Source of the DNA: Trichoplax adhaerens
Lineage: Eukaryota; Animalia; Placozoa
Assembly: GCF_000150275.1 (NCBI RefSeq)
Contig: NW_002060968.1
Location: forward strand, 257,366 to 321,365
Reading direction: 5' to 3'
DNA: 64,000 nucleotides
The notes under the pieces were generated by a model. That model worked only from the letters and a program-made list of their open reading frames with translations. It did no database searches and was not told where the DNA came from. Position numbers and translations under genes: made by a program. Within the stretch, counting starts at the first letter, position 1, and each line of letters starts with the position of its first letter. Below are positions 1 to 12,800 of this stretch, in pieces.

Positions 1-326
1 GTACATCTTGTACTGTACGGTAGCAGGTCTAGTCAGGGGAAAGTCAAACCAGTTATTGTACTGTTGCGTCACCATTCAAACGTCAGACTAGCGCAGTGAC
101 ATTCGATGACTGACTCACCGAGATTATCCAACTGAAAGTGCTTCCGCCATTGAATTCAAGTTTCTCCTCTGCTTTCCTTGATTTCCTTTGCAGTCCATTG
201 CTAGAAATTTCCTCGTCAATTCCACCTTTGCCTAGGTTTCATTTCCTATCCAACAAGGAGACACAAACATACTGTGGTGGAATCGGGTAGACAAGAGGAA
301 CATTGATCCAATCCAAGACGTTGAAA

Positions 327-3300
327 ATGGCATCCAAAGAAGCCAGTCAAAAGCAATTCAAGTTCATCAAAGACAAATTAGATGGCAATCATTTGGATTT
401 GAGTTTATGCAGTTTAACTAAGATTCCTGTTAAAGAATTGGTAAGTACATTGGTCATTTTGTCATGTCAACATGTCAAGGACTTGCAGTTATGCTTGGCC
501 ATGTTGTCTATCCTATGTCATTCCATTCTTCAACCACCATTGACGTACTGTACGGTAGCCATCAACAATCAGCTCCGTTCCTGCTCAACCTTCATAACAT
601 GCTACTCGACCATGCAGGATGATAGTCAGTTAGTGGTGTATTGCTTCTTCTTCTTTACGATCTCAATGAGTAGAAAGACTATTCTCAACCTTTCTATCCA
701 ATAGAGACACTGTAGGCAGTTGCTGCGGAGTAGCGCCTACGGTAGAGGAGGATTCTATTTGGACAGATTACCGACTAAAACGTTCATCACATGGATAAAG
801 AATAACATGTACAGTAAATCATGCAACTGCCAATCGCTTACCAACTATTACTATAGCGTAACTAGTCTTGACAAGCTAGCAAAAATAACATAACGTTGTC
901 ATTGCCAATCCAGGGAAAACTTCTACTTGACATCATGCAATCACCTGCACACCTGCCTCTTCATACTAGAGGCAATCATCACCTCCAACCAATGGATAGG
1001 AAATTGATTATCTTTGCAAAACACGATAATATCATGACCAAACAATCGACTGCTGCCATAGTATGAAATGGACTTGAGTGGATAGAAAGTCCTTCAAGCA
1101 AAGTAATTGTACGTACTGGATGTGCTATAATCCTACCAGTGGATACAGTCAAGAGTATGATCGACAAACAGAATCAATGGAGTCGTAGTCAAGTTGAAAT
1201 TAGAAATTTGCGGTAAAGCAACGTGCGTCCAAGCTATCCTTTAGCACGACCCAATAGGAAGATTAGAGTAGTCATATTAACAAAAGCAAGTTGACACAGT
1301 AATTGCAAGTGCAGGTAGAAAGTTGAACTTGACTGGATAAAATCCAACCCTTTGTACTGCACAATGTGCAATGTACAGCAATCATTTCACACCATCATCA
1401 ATGGCCATCTCCAATAAGCAATAGACGAATGCATATCAAATGATTAATGCTTACAAAATGATAGTATTGCAAAACAACGTATTCTTATCTTGATAATAAA
1501 ATATTGTGTTTTATTCTCTTCCTTACATAACTGTAAAGTCGATGATTCCTAAAGCAAATCAAGTCGATCTCAGCTGCAATCAATTAACCAGTATTCCGGT
1601 GAGTTAAAACTACCCAAGTTAACTCTATCTTCTATGTTATATCAGCAACCTCTCATGCAAACATGAGGTCAATCTGTACGGAGAGGTGGTGTGGTTTAGG
1701 CACAAGCATACAGTGAACAAGTATTATACAATGCAAAATAGATGCTTTTTGAGGGGGAATACAGTAAATTGGCGAATTCGATATTGAGTACGTAGACACT
1801 AAGCAGTATAAAACAACTGCTAAAGGTGTTTTGAGCTGTTCTTATCCTTAAGGCATGCAATAGATACGATAGAATTTGATACACAGTAATATCAATGGTG
1901 TTACAGTACATAATGTTAGACAAATAAATTATCAAAGTAAGGAAATACTTGCAAAAAATCATTCTTAGAATGCTCGTTACTCTTCCCTAGTTTTTACTGA
2001 CGTTGCAATCAGTTTTATAGCTCTACAGATAGGCTATGCCATTCAGTCTTGTCTAAATTTGATCTGTAACTGTAATTTCTACTACCTCCATTCATTACTT
2101 TGCTTTTATGCACTGCTGAAATAGGAATCATTTTGCACCTTGTCCTATATCGTAATGTTGGATTTAAGTAGTAACAAGTTAACAAGCTTGCCGTCGCATT
2201 TTGGTCAACTTCGTAATCTGAAAAAATTAGAGTTATACCGCAATCAATTAACCGATTTACCAAGTAGCATGTTTAAATTAGCAAACTTAAAATGGTTAGA
2301 CTTAAAAGATAATCCTCTTAATCCAGAATTAAAAGGCATCGCTGGTAACTGCGTGACAGAAAACGAATGCAAAAATTGTGCTGTTAAGGTATTGCTCGTC
2401 TGATTATAAGTTATAAAGACAATAATTGTATTAACGGTAAGTAGGTAGAATGCGCTCAATAATATGCAATTGGGATTATCGGATGCCATTGTTGGCAGGT
2501 TGTAGGTCATTTGAAAAAACGACAAGCTGATGAAGAAAGGAGCAGACAAGAACAGCTGAAAGAACAGCAGAAACTCGAAAGAGGTTAGTTAATCGAGATT
2601 GATAATGCTACAAAAGAATTGAATAGTTGTTATGGCTATTATTCCTTGTCAGAAAATAAACCTATTTAAGGAAATGCCACTGTTACAATTTTAAAAAGAG
2701 TACTAATAAAGAGGAAAGGCTCTCTTACATTAAAATGTATTTGTTTCTCAGAAAAAGAAGCTCAAAAGAAGGCCGAAGAAGCGAAAGAAAAGGAAGTGCT
2801 ACGTCGACGTAAAGCAGAGGAGAAAGAGAAACGTAGAAAAGAATACCAAACTCAGTTACAAAAACAACAGAGTCAAGCTGCTACAAAATCAGTCAATGAA
2901 GATACCGATCAGGACTTGGACACTAAAGCAGTTAATTCAGGTGAAGTTCGCAATGTACATTTTATAACATACAGTACTTAAATCGACCACTCACATGCAG
3001 TTAAGGATACCTTTAATCCAATAGTGTAATGTAAATTTATTACTTAAATATCAATATGGCTTTTTACATTACACACTTGTATCGCAATATTAAATAGTTT
3101 AACTTTAATTTCGCTGATTGAGACATTTTACAGCTTGGTTTTTCATGTAGCCAAACTTTAATGACGTTGTTATCATTCGTAATAATATTAAAGGATTAGC
3201 TCGTAGTTACCTTATTTATCTTCTTTTTTATTAATCTTTCATTTTAATTCTCAATTTGTAGGAAATGTGAGGAAAAGAGAGTCAGGAAATATCTTTATAA

Positions 3301-3437
3301 CATTGTTACTATTAGTTGTAGTCGTAGCTGTATTGCTAGTAGGAATTCTTTATGGCTGTCGAAATAATTCACACGAAATTTGTCGAAAAATTAAAAGTAC
3401 TAAATGGTTTGATTATGTAGCCGATAAAATAATGTAG
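327..3437 (+). CDS. LRRC59: Leucine-rich repeat-containing protein 59 (ER tail-anchored LRR/coiled-coil protein), 6 exons
   Basis: Phase-compatible GT-AG exons 327-440, 1539-1598, 2125-2388, 2499-2583, 2752-2940, 3262-3437. Translation gives KDKLDGNHLDLSLCSLTKIPVKEL|SMIPKANQVDLSCNQLTSIP|ESFCTL...LKWLDLKDNPLNPELKGIAGNC..C..CA, then an E/K-rich coiled coil and a C-terminal TM (IFITLLLLVVVVAVLLVGILYGC). This matches LRRC59 motifs and layout. Confidence 0.93.
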
Positions 3438-4268
3438 GCATGGATAAGTATCTAGTAATACATTTAAAATCTGATATGCAAAGAGGCATAAAAAAATAAA
3501 GATTGCCAGATATTTTTAAAAATTTTCTTCTTTGTCGCTTCGATGTCCATGTGCTCCATGAATAGGTTTAATGATACAGTAATGTTATTTGTGCTCAATT
3601 TCTGAATTATAACGCTCCATTTACCACTTCAAAAAGTGCTCTTTAAGTGCAGTTGAATACAAATTGAACTGAAAGATTCGCAAGAACGAAAATGTAAATT
3701 GGACTGGAAGTTCTGCAAACGTGCTCATGGCAGTATTGTGAAGCTCATATCATAAGCAAGTGTACGGTTATCAATTAAGTGAAATTACACTTAAAGCCTT
3801 TATTGCAATTATCATCATTACTATCCGTAGATAAAGTTACTGTACCCAAACTCTTGGGTATGGACTAACTCACAGTCACTTGCCATGATAACCGTGTTCG
3901 TCCGCCAAATCGTGAATAACTCTCTGATTATTCATGTTCTATCTGAACGCAATTATTAGATATTCAAGAAGTTTCTATTATTACGCCAATTGAGGTGCGC
4001 TATGGGCAAACCTAGCAAGGACTATTGTACTTGATATACGAGTACAAAGTTCGAATAAATTACAGCGATGTCATAGAATGATTCGTTTGGGGAATTTTTC
4101 AATTAAATGATCTTATCCTAAAATTATCATTTGTTTTTTTTAATATTAATTTTTATAGCCATGTCAATATAAATCACACTAGATAATGTTGAAGCACTAT
4201 TACAATGGTATTTTTATCGAACATGAAACTGATCATCTTTGTTACTATACATAAAATTAGCCTTCTGT

Positions 4269-4729
4269 TTATTTCTGTTCAGGTTTTCGATCTCTTCTGA
4301 CCACAGGTGATTGCTGACTCAGTCGATTCTAAAATAAAATGGAGGTGAATTAATTTTTGTTTTATCCATCGACTATATAGAAAACTGAGTCAATCATGAC
4401 TAGGAATAAATCAATAGCTGCCGCTGCAGATACTTCTTCTCATTTAAGCAACCTCACACCTGTTTCTCAACTTGAGAAAGATATCTCAAATCCTGCTGTA
4501 TTATCAGGAAAGAATCGGCTGCACTGTCGCTGTGGCTTGTGGACAAAGATGTTCCATGATTCTGCTTATCTGACTGCGAAGCTGCTGATAGGCGTCTTAT
4601 AACTCTTGCAAGGCGCACTTCGTCGATTGAATTATATATACTCTCGTTATCACTGTCATTGGATGATTGGGATCCAGAAAGATTTGTTTTTGCTATAGCA
4701 GAATCGGCAAGATTCGACTCCTGCAATAT
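4269..4729 (-). other. Two putative 3' exons of an unidentified (possibly decayed) gene
   Basis: Exon 4729-4460 (cttcttcag acceptor, CAG|gtgtga donor, open, Ser-rich) joins in phase 0 to exon 4328-4269 (ttttag acceptor, NRLSQQSPVVRRDRKPEQK*). No start exon or family recognised. Confidence 0.3.
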
Positions 4730-6844
4730 CTGAAGAAGATTTTCTTGGTTCTTGATACTTTGATTTGCGTCGCGTTAATAAATGGAGAGTTATTCCAGTT
4801 TAAAACTAATAAAGCTGTTAAGATAATGCATACTCGCCTTTTGTACTAAGAAAATGTACCTGATGTACCAGTAAGCATTTGCTGTTAGTCTATCGATTAA
4901 ATGGTGTGCATTTGTTCTATATCCTGTATGATGGAAGGACACATTCCTATCTTAACATGTGGTATTCATTAGTCTATAGCATCAACAAACGTTAGGCATT
5001 GGCTGGGGATTGCAATTACTTATTTTGGGGGTAATTTGTGTACGTGTGTATAAATATTGCAATTGTAAATACAATATACAAACAAATTCATGGATATTCA
5101 TCAAACTTGGATGCACAGCTAATTACTATCTGTTTTACTTTTATTGCACCTATTTACGAGGATGTCGAACTGGCTTCTGATCGCATTCATGCTGTTATTG
5201 TTTTTTTTATTAGGTAGCGTTATCCAAGCATTATGCTGTAAGGAGTAAATCTGCTTTGTGTTAGCTATAGACATCGTCAAAATAGTAAAACTACAAATAT
5301 TATTTTTAGATTTTATGAAGAAGAAACGCTTCCATAATCATATATTTAAATATAGTTCAGTTGGACATTATAAGAGCGCTAAAGTTAGCGATAATTTGCA
5401 TTAAACTTTACATAGCCGCGAAAGAGCTGTTTTTATACAGTATGGTAATAATTTATTTACAGTTTATTTCTACGTGAATATAACATATGAAGTAGTATTG
5501 TATTGCAATCGTTCTATGATTAGGATATCACGAGACGATACGGTAAGTTTTTGGTTATTAACACTAATCCGTTGATGTCCGTACACAGTCTTAGAATAAA
5601 ATTCTTATTTAATTTTCGATACATGCTCGTAATTATAAAGACGGCTTCTAGATTTGTTGCAGTAAGATCAGTATCGTTCATAATGTGGATTATAAACTTT
5701 TGTAATTATTTGTAAGCCATTTCGATTATCTTACAATTGGCTCTATCGGATTCTCCACAACATAGAATCTTAATACTTGTGCGCTTAATTCTTTGTTACT
5801 ATCTTAAGATCATTTAATTTTGGTTGGTATATTCATGATATTTTAGTGTTCTCATCACGTAACGATCTCAGTACTTGCAAAATTGCCTGTAACACCCAAA
5901 AATATACAATTATTCTAGTTTGGTGATGATAAAGGAAGGAGCGTTTTAATAATATAGTATGCTGATTGCTTTTATGTCAGAAATGAGCTGTTCTGCAAGA
6001 TATCGCTCCAGACAGCATCAAACCAGTGCTATAAGCTCCTCGTCATCCCTTTAAATCTATATTTCAGTGGAAAACTTAAATATTACATAAAATACGTGAA
6101 TAGCTAACCTAACACATAAAACAATTCTATGATGATGGAAGTCTTGTTTATAAGGTTGTATATGTAGTTCACAGTACAGCTTAAGCCTTGACCATTATTG
6201 TTTTCAACCTTACATAGCCGACGGTATGGTATGACGAATTATTCTTTGACCAAAATCATAGTAAAAACTGCCAGATTTATTATTATGAGAACAAATGCAT
6301 TGTATGTATTAAAATATCGATGGTAGAATTTTTGTTTTATGGCAATGATTTAAGAAATTTGAGAAGATTAATAAATTCATTAATTATAATCTGTTAATAC
6401 TGATGCAACTATGATCGAATGAGTATGCCGAAAGAAAAGATACAGTAAGAAAAACAAACTTAAAGTTAAATTTCTAGTTGGGTTAATCAAATCGAGCGTA
6501 GTTAACTTTCGTCTCTAATCCTACATAGGGTTGTGTAACTGCACATTACAATCTATAATTATATAATTTATATAGAAATTTAAAAAAAATTACCTATAAT
6601 TTTCACCGATAATTAGAATAGCTTTAAAACAAGGTGTAAAAGAAGTGATGATGTGCAAATTACTAATTTATTTTTGCATCATACACAAATAACTGAGTAA
6701 TATCAAATAAAGACTACTATTGGCTACATGTATGAATATGGTTTGGTCCTAATAGAATTAGTAGTTTGTAATCAATTTTCAATCCATAGACATTTGTTAT
6801 AGTAAGATAGTACGGAAGAAATTGTTAAGCTGTAGGGGTACTTT

Positions 6845-9800
6845 TCATGTTTTGGTAGAGCTAATCGCTAAAGCAATATCATTCCGACCTATTCGTCTCA
6901 AAGCTGTCTTCAGTCCATCAACATTAACATTTGGGCAATTTTTATTATACCAGATATCGAGAAATTTCATTACTTGATCGAAAACTCTACTTTCTTGAGC
7001 TTTGATTGTATCAACATCGATAAATGGGCCTAATATAGCAGCCAGTTTTGTCCAATCGATGCCAATTCTATCTGCAATTTCGAAAAAGCAATTCCTTGGA
7101 TCTATAGAGTTACGGCAATATTGCAAATAAATTAAGATGAAAAATGCTTAAACGAGAAATATTGCTAAATAGTACTTGTAATTAATATAAATAATGATTT
7201 GCCAATGTAAGAACTTTGCTATATATGTAGAATTTAAAATATAAGATATAATAAGTTTGCATTGCATGCATATAGAGTACAAGAAATGGCTGGAAATATA
7301 GAAATACAATCAAATAAAGCAGATATAGATCAGCCGGCTAATTTTGCACCGAATATTATATCTACGCTGATACATTACGAGATCAAGCAATCATTAAACT
7401 GTATCTTTGGGATATAGCTTTGTTTTTATCTATAGTAAAATATTTATACAAGTATAAATACTATATGTATTTTTATACTTAGTTCAGCTGCTTCTACAAC
7501 AAATATTACATATTCCTTTCTTGTATTTAGTTGATAAAATATTGAATACATCATAGCAAGATGTTTATTTGATAAGTGTTACACTCACCATGTCTACTTG
7601 CCACTTTTTTCTTTTTACCGAAATTCCGATCACGTATTGATTCTGATTTATGCGATCCTTTACGTTTACCAAAGCGATTGATATCTGATGTTTCTGCAAA
7701 ATAGTTAGAGACTACTTCCGTCATCTTGTCAGCTAAGATAATAATCATTATTTTGAGAGATTACGCAGTTAATTTGAAGAGTAAATGCCGTAATCGATAC
7801 TGTTAGAAAATAGATACTATTAACAAGATCGCGAATTCATCACTAAAGCAAGTAAATGTTATACCTATTGGAACATGGTATAATTTACTTTTATTTACTT
7901 TATTGCTAATTTACTTGACAAATACACTGTTTAAATTGAGATGCATTTTAACTTCTTCATTAAGTAATATCTAGTCTATATCTTTACCCACCGTATGTAT
8001 TTGTTAATCTTTCCTTTCTAAGAAGCATCCAGTCACGTGTAGGCTTCGATTTAAAAAACTTCTCACATAAAACACAACGAATAATATCTACACTATCCGC
8101 GAAATAACTATCCACTATTTCTGTCATCTTACTACATTCATTACATCTAACATAAAATCTACTTTGTGCTGATTTAAACTTTGGCATTCTTTCATTAATT
8201 GTCTCGTTTAGTTTATCTCTAATTATTATATGTGGTTGTATCTTACTAATCCAACTACCGATATTATTCTCAATCCGAGACGCAATTTCTTTCGGATATT
8301 TCTGATAGCAATAGAGTAAGCTAATACGAGATTCTTCTTTCTTAACAACAATCTGACATTGATAATCAGGTATGTAGTATTTAGCACATCGATAATAAAC
8401 TTTTACTCTTGAGTTATTCCACACTTTTAAACAAGCCGATAAAAGGCAATAAAATATACCGTCAGGAATATACGGTATAACTTTTTCGTCGTATCCAATG
8501 TATAGCCAATCTGATACACGATAATCTGTTAGATCTAACGTACCAACAGATGAATTAAGTAGATAAGGTATAAAATATTGCTGGTGACATTCTTTGTTAT
8601 CAAGACTATCATGTTGATCCTCAATTTTACAGATAATATTATAACTATCCATTAATTGTAACACGAAATCTTTCTCTTTCTTTTTCAATTCGAAATCTAC
8701 TACAATATTATCAATGTACGCTTCAGATATTTTTCCAGTCTGATAAGCTTGATTATAAGATTCTCTTACATTAGTGGCCTTATATTCGCGTTTATCGAGT
8801 TTAATAATCGATCGAAATATATTGAGTAGCCAATCGAGATTAGTTACAATCATTTCTTCTACGCCTTTTTTACGACAATATACAATATCGCCTATATCAT
8901 GTAAGTATAATAACATACTACGCAATTTCTCATCGTTTTCATATAACTCGCAATCTATAGCTAACTGCTTTACTTCTTCCAATGTCATAATATTATGAAT
9001 TCTATTAATAATACGATTAAACTGTGTTGTTGATGCGGCTTGTCTGCTTATGTCATTAACTGATGTATGCAATATAGATGCCATAATATACCATCGAATC
9101 GGAATCGATTTTTTCATAAAAGGTAAACTAGACACGATTCGCTTTATTAATTCATGTAACTGTAACGTAGTCTGTCGACGTTGCTCGATAGCCGCTGAAG
9201 ATTTATCATCGGGATCGCAATGAAATATGATGTCTGAAAAGCATATATTAGATTTATAGATAGGCATTGTTACAATAATAGAATTCTCAAACGCCTTAAA
9301 TCTACGTTGACGCTCTTGACAATCTTGTATTTGATCGCCATGAGATGCTACTAAGATGACAACTGGTAAAGAATATTGTTGCAATTTACCATCAATTTCT
9401 ACTTGGACAGTCTCATCGCCATCATGGCTACCAATAATCGATGTAAGCCATTCTTGCATAGCATATCGATAAGTCATATTAGTTGGGTTTCCTTCTCTAT
9501 CAATAACAAAGTCATCGAAATCACGAGTAATATTAAAAACTAAAATATAGATACTATTTCCAGATAGAAACGGACGATGCGTAACATGATAGACAGCTTG
9601 ACCTCCGAAATCGACTAATTTACCATATTGATTATCGTCATCTACTATTTCGCCTTTCATATCGATTATAGATCGCATAAAATCTTCGTACATTAAGATT
9701 TTGTGGATTTTTTGTGTTATTGAGACAGTAGATACAAGGGTATCGATAGCCATAGGTCGATTATCGCTAATTACCGACTTTATTTTATCAGTGCTAATAA

Positions 9801-12800
9801 ATGTGTCTGTTTCTATCGTCTGTATTTGACGATCTACTTTACTAACTTGGATATCTGGGTTGATATTAGGTACAATATTCAGTTTTGTCTTGAATTTTTG
9901 TATAGCTGCTAACACTTTCCTATACAATACTATCTGGAAGTGATAAATCTTCTTGTCTAAGATATTATATACAATAAGATTAACATATCTGCCGGTGTCG
10001 TCGATAATCTCAGTTTGGCTTACGCTAATAATTATTCCTTGATTTGTAAATACGTTCATAATAGTCGTTTTACCCACACTTTCAGGACCGGCAAAGATAA
10101 TTTTAGTAAAATCATTACGACATTGTCCATCTTGCAGCGCTTCATTATAAGCTTTAATGTATTCTTTATCATTGATAGCTAAATTAATATTAATTGATCA
10201 AATTATTAACCACAATAGGAATAGTTGTTAATATACAGGATCAATATCTATCAACGACTAGGTTATGAGCGTAAATTAATTAAATTAAACTTCGTTTACG
10301 TAGTAAATAATAGTTTTTAAAAATAAATCTATTCAAAGAAAATGGAAATTTAGCGATTTACAGTATTAATGAAATCAAATATTCAAGTTTGATCGCTGTA
10401 TCATTAAGTAAACTATAGTTGCTATCAAGGTTGACAGTATTTTATGATAGATGAGAAGTAGAACAGCTCGTTAGTAATAAAAGTAGATAAAGATAATGCA
10501 GTATTTTCTTACCATCTGTATATGTGGAATTTTTACTTTTTAAATCCGTATTTGCGACTTTGAGGCTACCCTCTATTCATCAATTAATTATATATTAGTG
10601 AAGTCACATAAGTGATAGCTCGCAATTCAAATTCTTGAGTAAGTCGTAGAGTTCAGCATTTACCTTGTAGTATTTTCATGGCATAACTCGATAATAATGG
10701 ATTCGACTGAGCTTGTAGTAACATAGCGTTAAGATTCTCTATTATTTTATTCTGTTTTTGATTACAGAGACTGGCTATTAATATTATCAAATGGTCTTGC
10801 GATAAATTTCTCTCTAGCCAAAATCGTAACATATTCGTAGCTAAAACCGAACTATGGCTTGCATAACGACATTGTTGCTCAAGATATTGGATATCATCAT
10901 TAGAAATGCCCAAATGGATTGCCAAGTTTATCCACTTATCTCCAATACCGTTTGCAATAGTAGAATAACATACCTCTATAGCGTAAAATACAAGAATATT
11001 TGGAATGGCTATTACAGCTATATTAAATAGTTAAAGATTATGTGTTTTGTACATTGTAATCAATTACTGTTCATTATCACACTATTAGTCTTAACAAACA
11101 GTTAGTGTTAATCGTTGTCGTTAGATATTTGATTTTAGTACAAAAAATTTGCACGGGTGTAAACTCTAGTATTAATGTGTATATTTATAATAATTATTTA
11201 ATGTCCCTTGATCCATTTTACTACCAATTACTAACCATTGAACTTTTCTATTGCGGCTTTTTCTTCATCGATATACTTATTGGTCGAATTATCTTCAATT
11301 TCTATATCATTTTGGTCAAGTCCTACTGTATAACATAATTGTAGCCTAAAATTATTTATTTGAATACATATCGGTAATTGTTTAGGATTATGAAATGTTA
11401 ATCCTTGTATGGTTAAATTACCTTTACCATTTCAAACATTTTAAATGATACCGTTGTTGATATGTTGAAAATAATAGTACATTATTTCTTTATTATAACT
11501 TACTGACATATTAATTTACCAAAAGAATACTGATTAAAATATAATTTTAGATGTCTACTATATAACATACTTTCTGTTTATGGCATTAGATTGCATTAGT
11601 ACAGGCTCTTTTTAGTCTTATAGCTTAATAAGAATGATCGACTAAACAGAGTTAAATCGCTATGCAGTGTAACGTTACATCGATATCTAATAAATAAACT
11701 GCTGCAACCTTGATCACTACTTTGCATTGAGTGTTGATCTTGATGTTCCTCGACTAGAAATAAAGAACAGAGTTAAGATTCTTATCAAAATTAGAGCAAA
11801 CAGGTTATCAGTCCTGCTTGTAGGCAGAATTTTACCATCTAGTGCTACTTTCATGCTAATTTCGTTTAAAAAAATAAGTATTGTTACTTAGATAGCAGGT
11901 AAAATTTGCGTAAGTTATTTTCTTGTCAGAAACGATCTACGATTACGAAAATTTGTTGTATTTAAATGATGTGATGTATAAAGTACAGTAGTAATTTGTA
12001 CTAAAACTAGGACAGAAAATTGTAGTAAAGATATTCTTCTTGATTTTACCAATGTTATCTTGTTTTGTTGTTAATTAATCATTATTTTATATATGCAAGA
12101 ATATTCATTCAGTTTATATGAATACCGATTTCTAGGGTGTATTACTTTCTTAGAGTTTGTCATTTGAAAGAAAACTCTTTTATTGTGCTGAGTAGGTGAT
12201 GGACTTTTAGCTCATTACTTCTCTTTTATGGGATATTCTGATGATAAACCCTTCAACGTTGAACTTGTTGTAATGTCGTCATGTCATAACACTAAACTTA
12301 CGTACTATTTGAAATAAAATATAATGTCCAATGGCAAAAATGCTTCATCGACTAATGTATGCTTGATTTAATATCGCTTAAATAAGTTATTAAAATTTTC
12401 TAGTTGGGTCAGTAATGTTGATGTCTAATTCTGTTTACTAATAATTGGAAATACAAGTTTTAGTTTTGAACTACACATGAGAAAATTCATAAATAGTAAT
12501 TGGACTGTACCAATCTGTTCATAAATTGTCCTTCAACACGATTAATATTTTGGGCAGAAGAAACATTAGGAAAATCATGAACTAATTTGCAAAATTCAAG
12601 TTGATTTAGCTTATAAATTAAGGCTGTAAAGGAGTCAAAGACTTGTTGTATGGAAGTATTACGATATAGAATATCATTCCTAATTGGGCTAAATGAATTA
12701 TATAATATAGAACTGCTGTCTATTAAAATTGAATGAATGAAGGATGGCTCTCTTTTCAATCCAAATGCTATGCTTTAAAATCATTACTGTTTATTATGAG

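Noticed and set aside
7984-10077. Calling the P-loop ORF LRRK2/DAPK1 or a NACHT/NB-ARC NLR
   Set aside because: No kinase, LRR or ankyrin exons were found. DFGGQ/ASHGD and COR motifs identify Roc-COR rather than a STAND ATPase.
12487-12759. 90-aa ORF in Roco intron 1 with similarity to the copy-B intron
   Set aside because: The copy-B counterpart (~25200-25500) is frameshifted. The similarity fits residual intron homology from the duplication.
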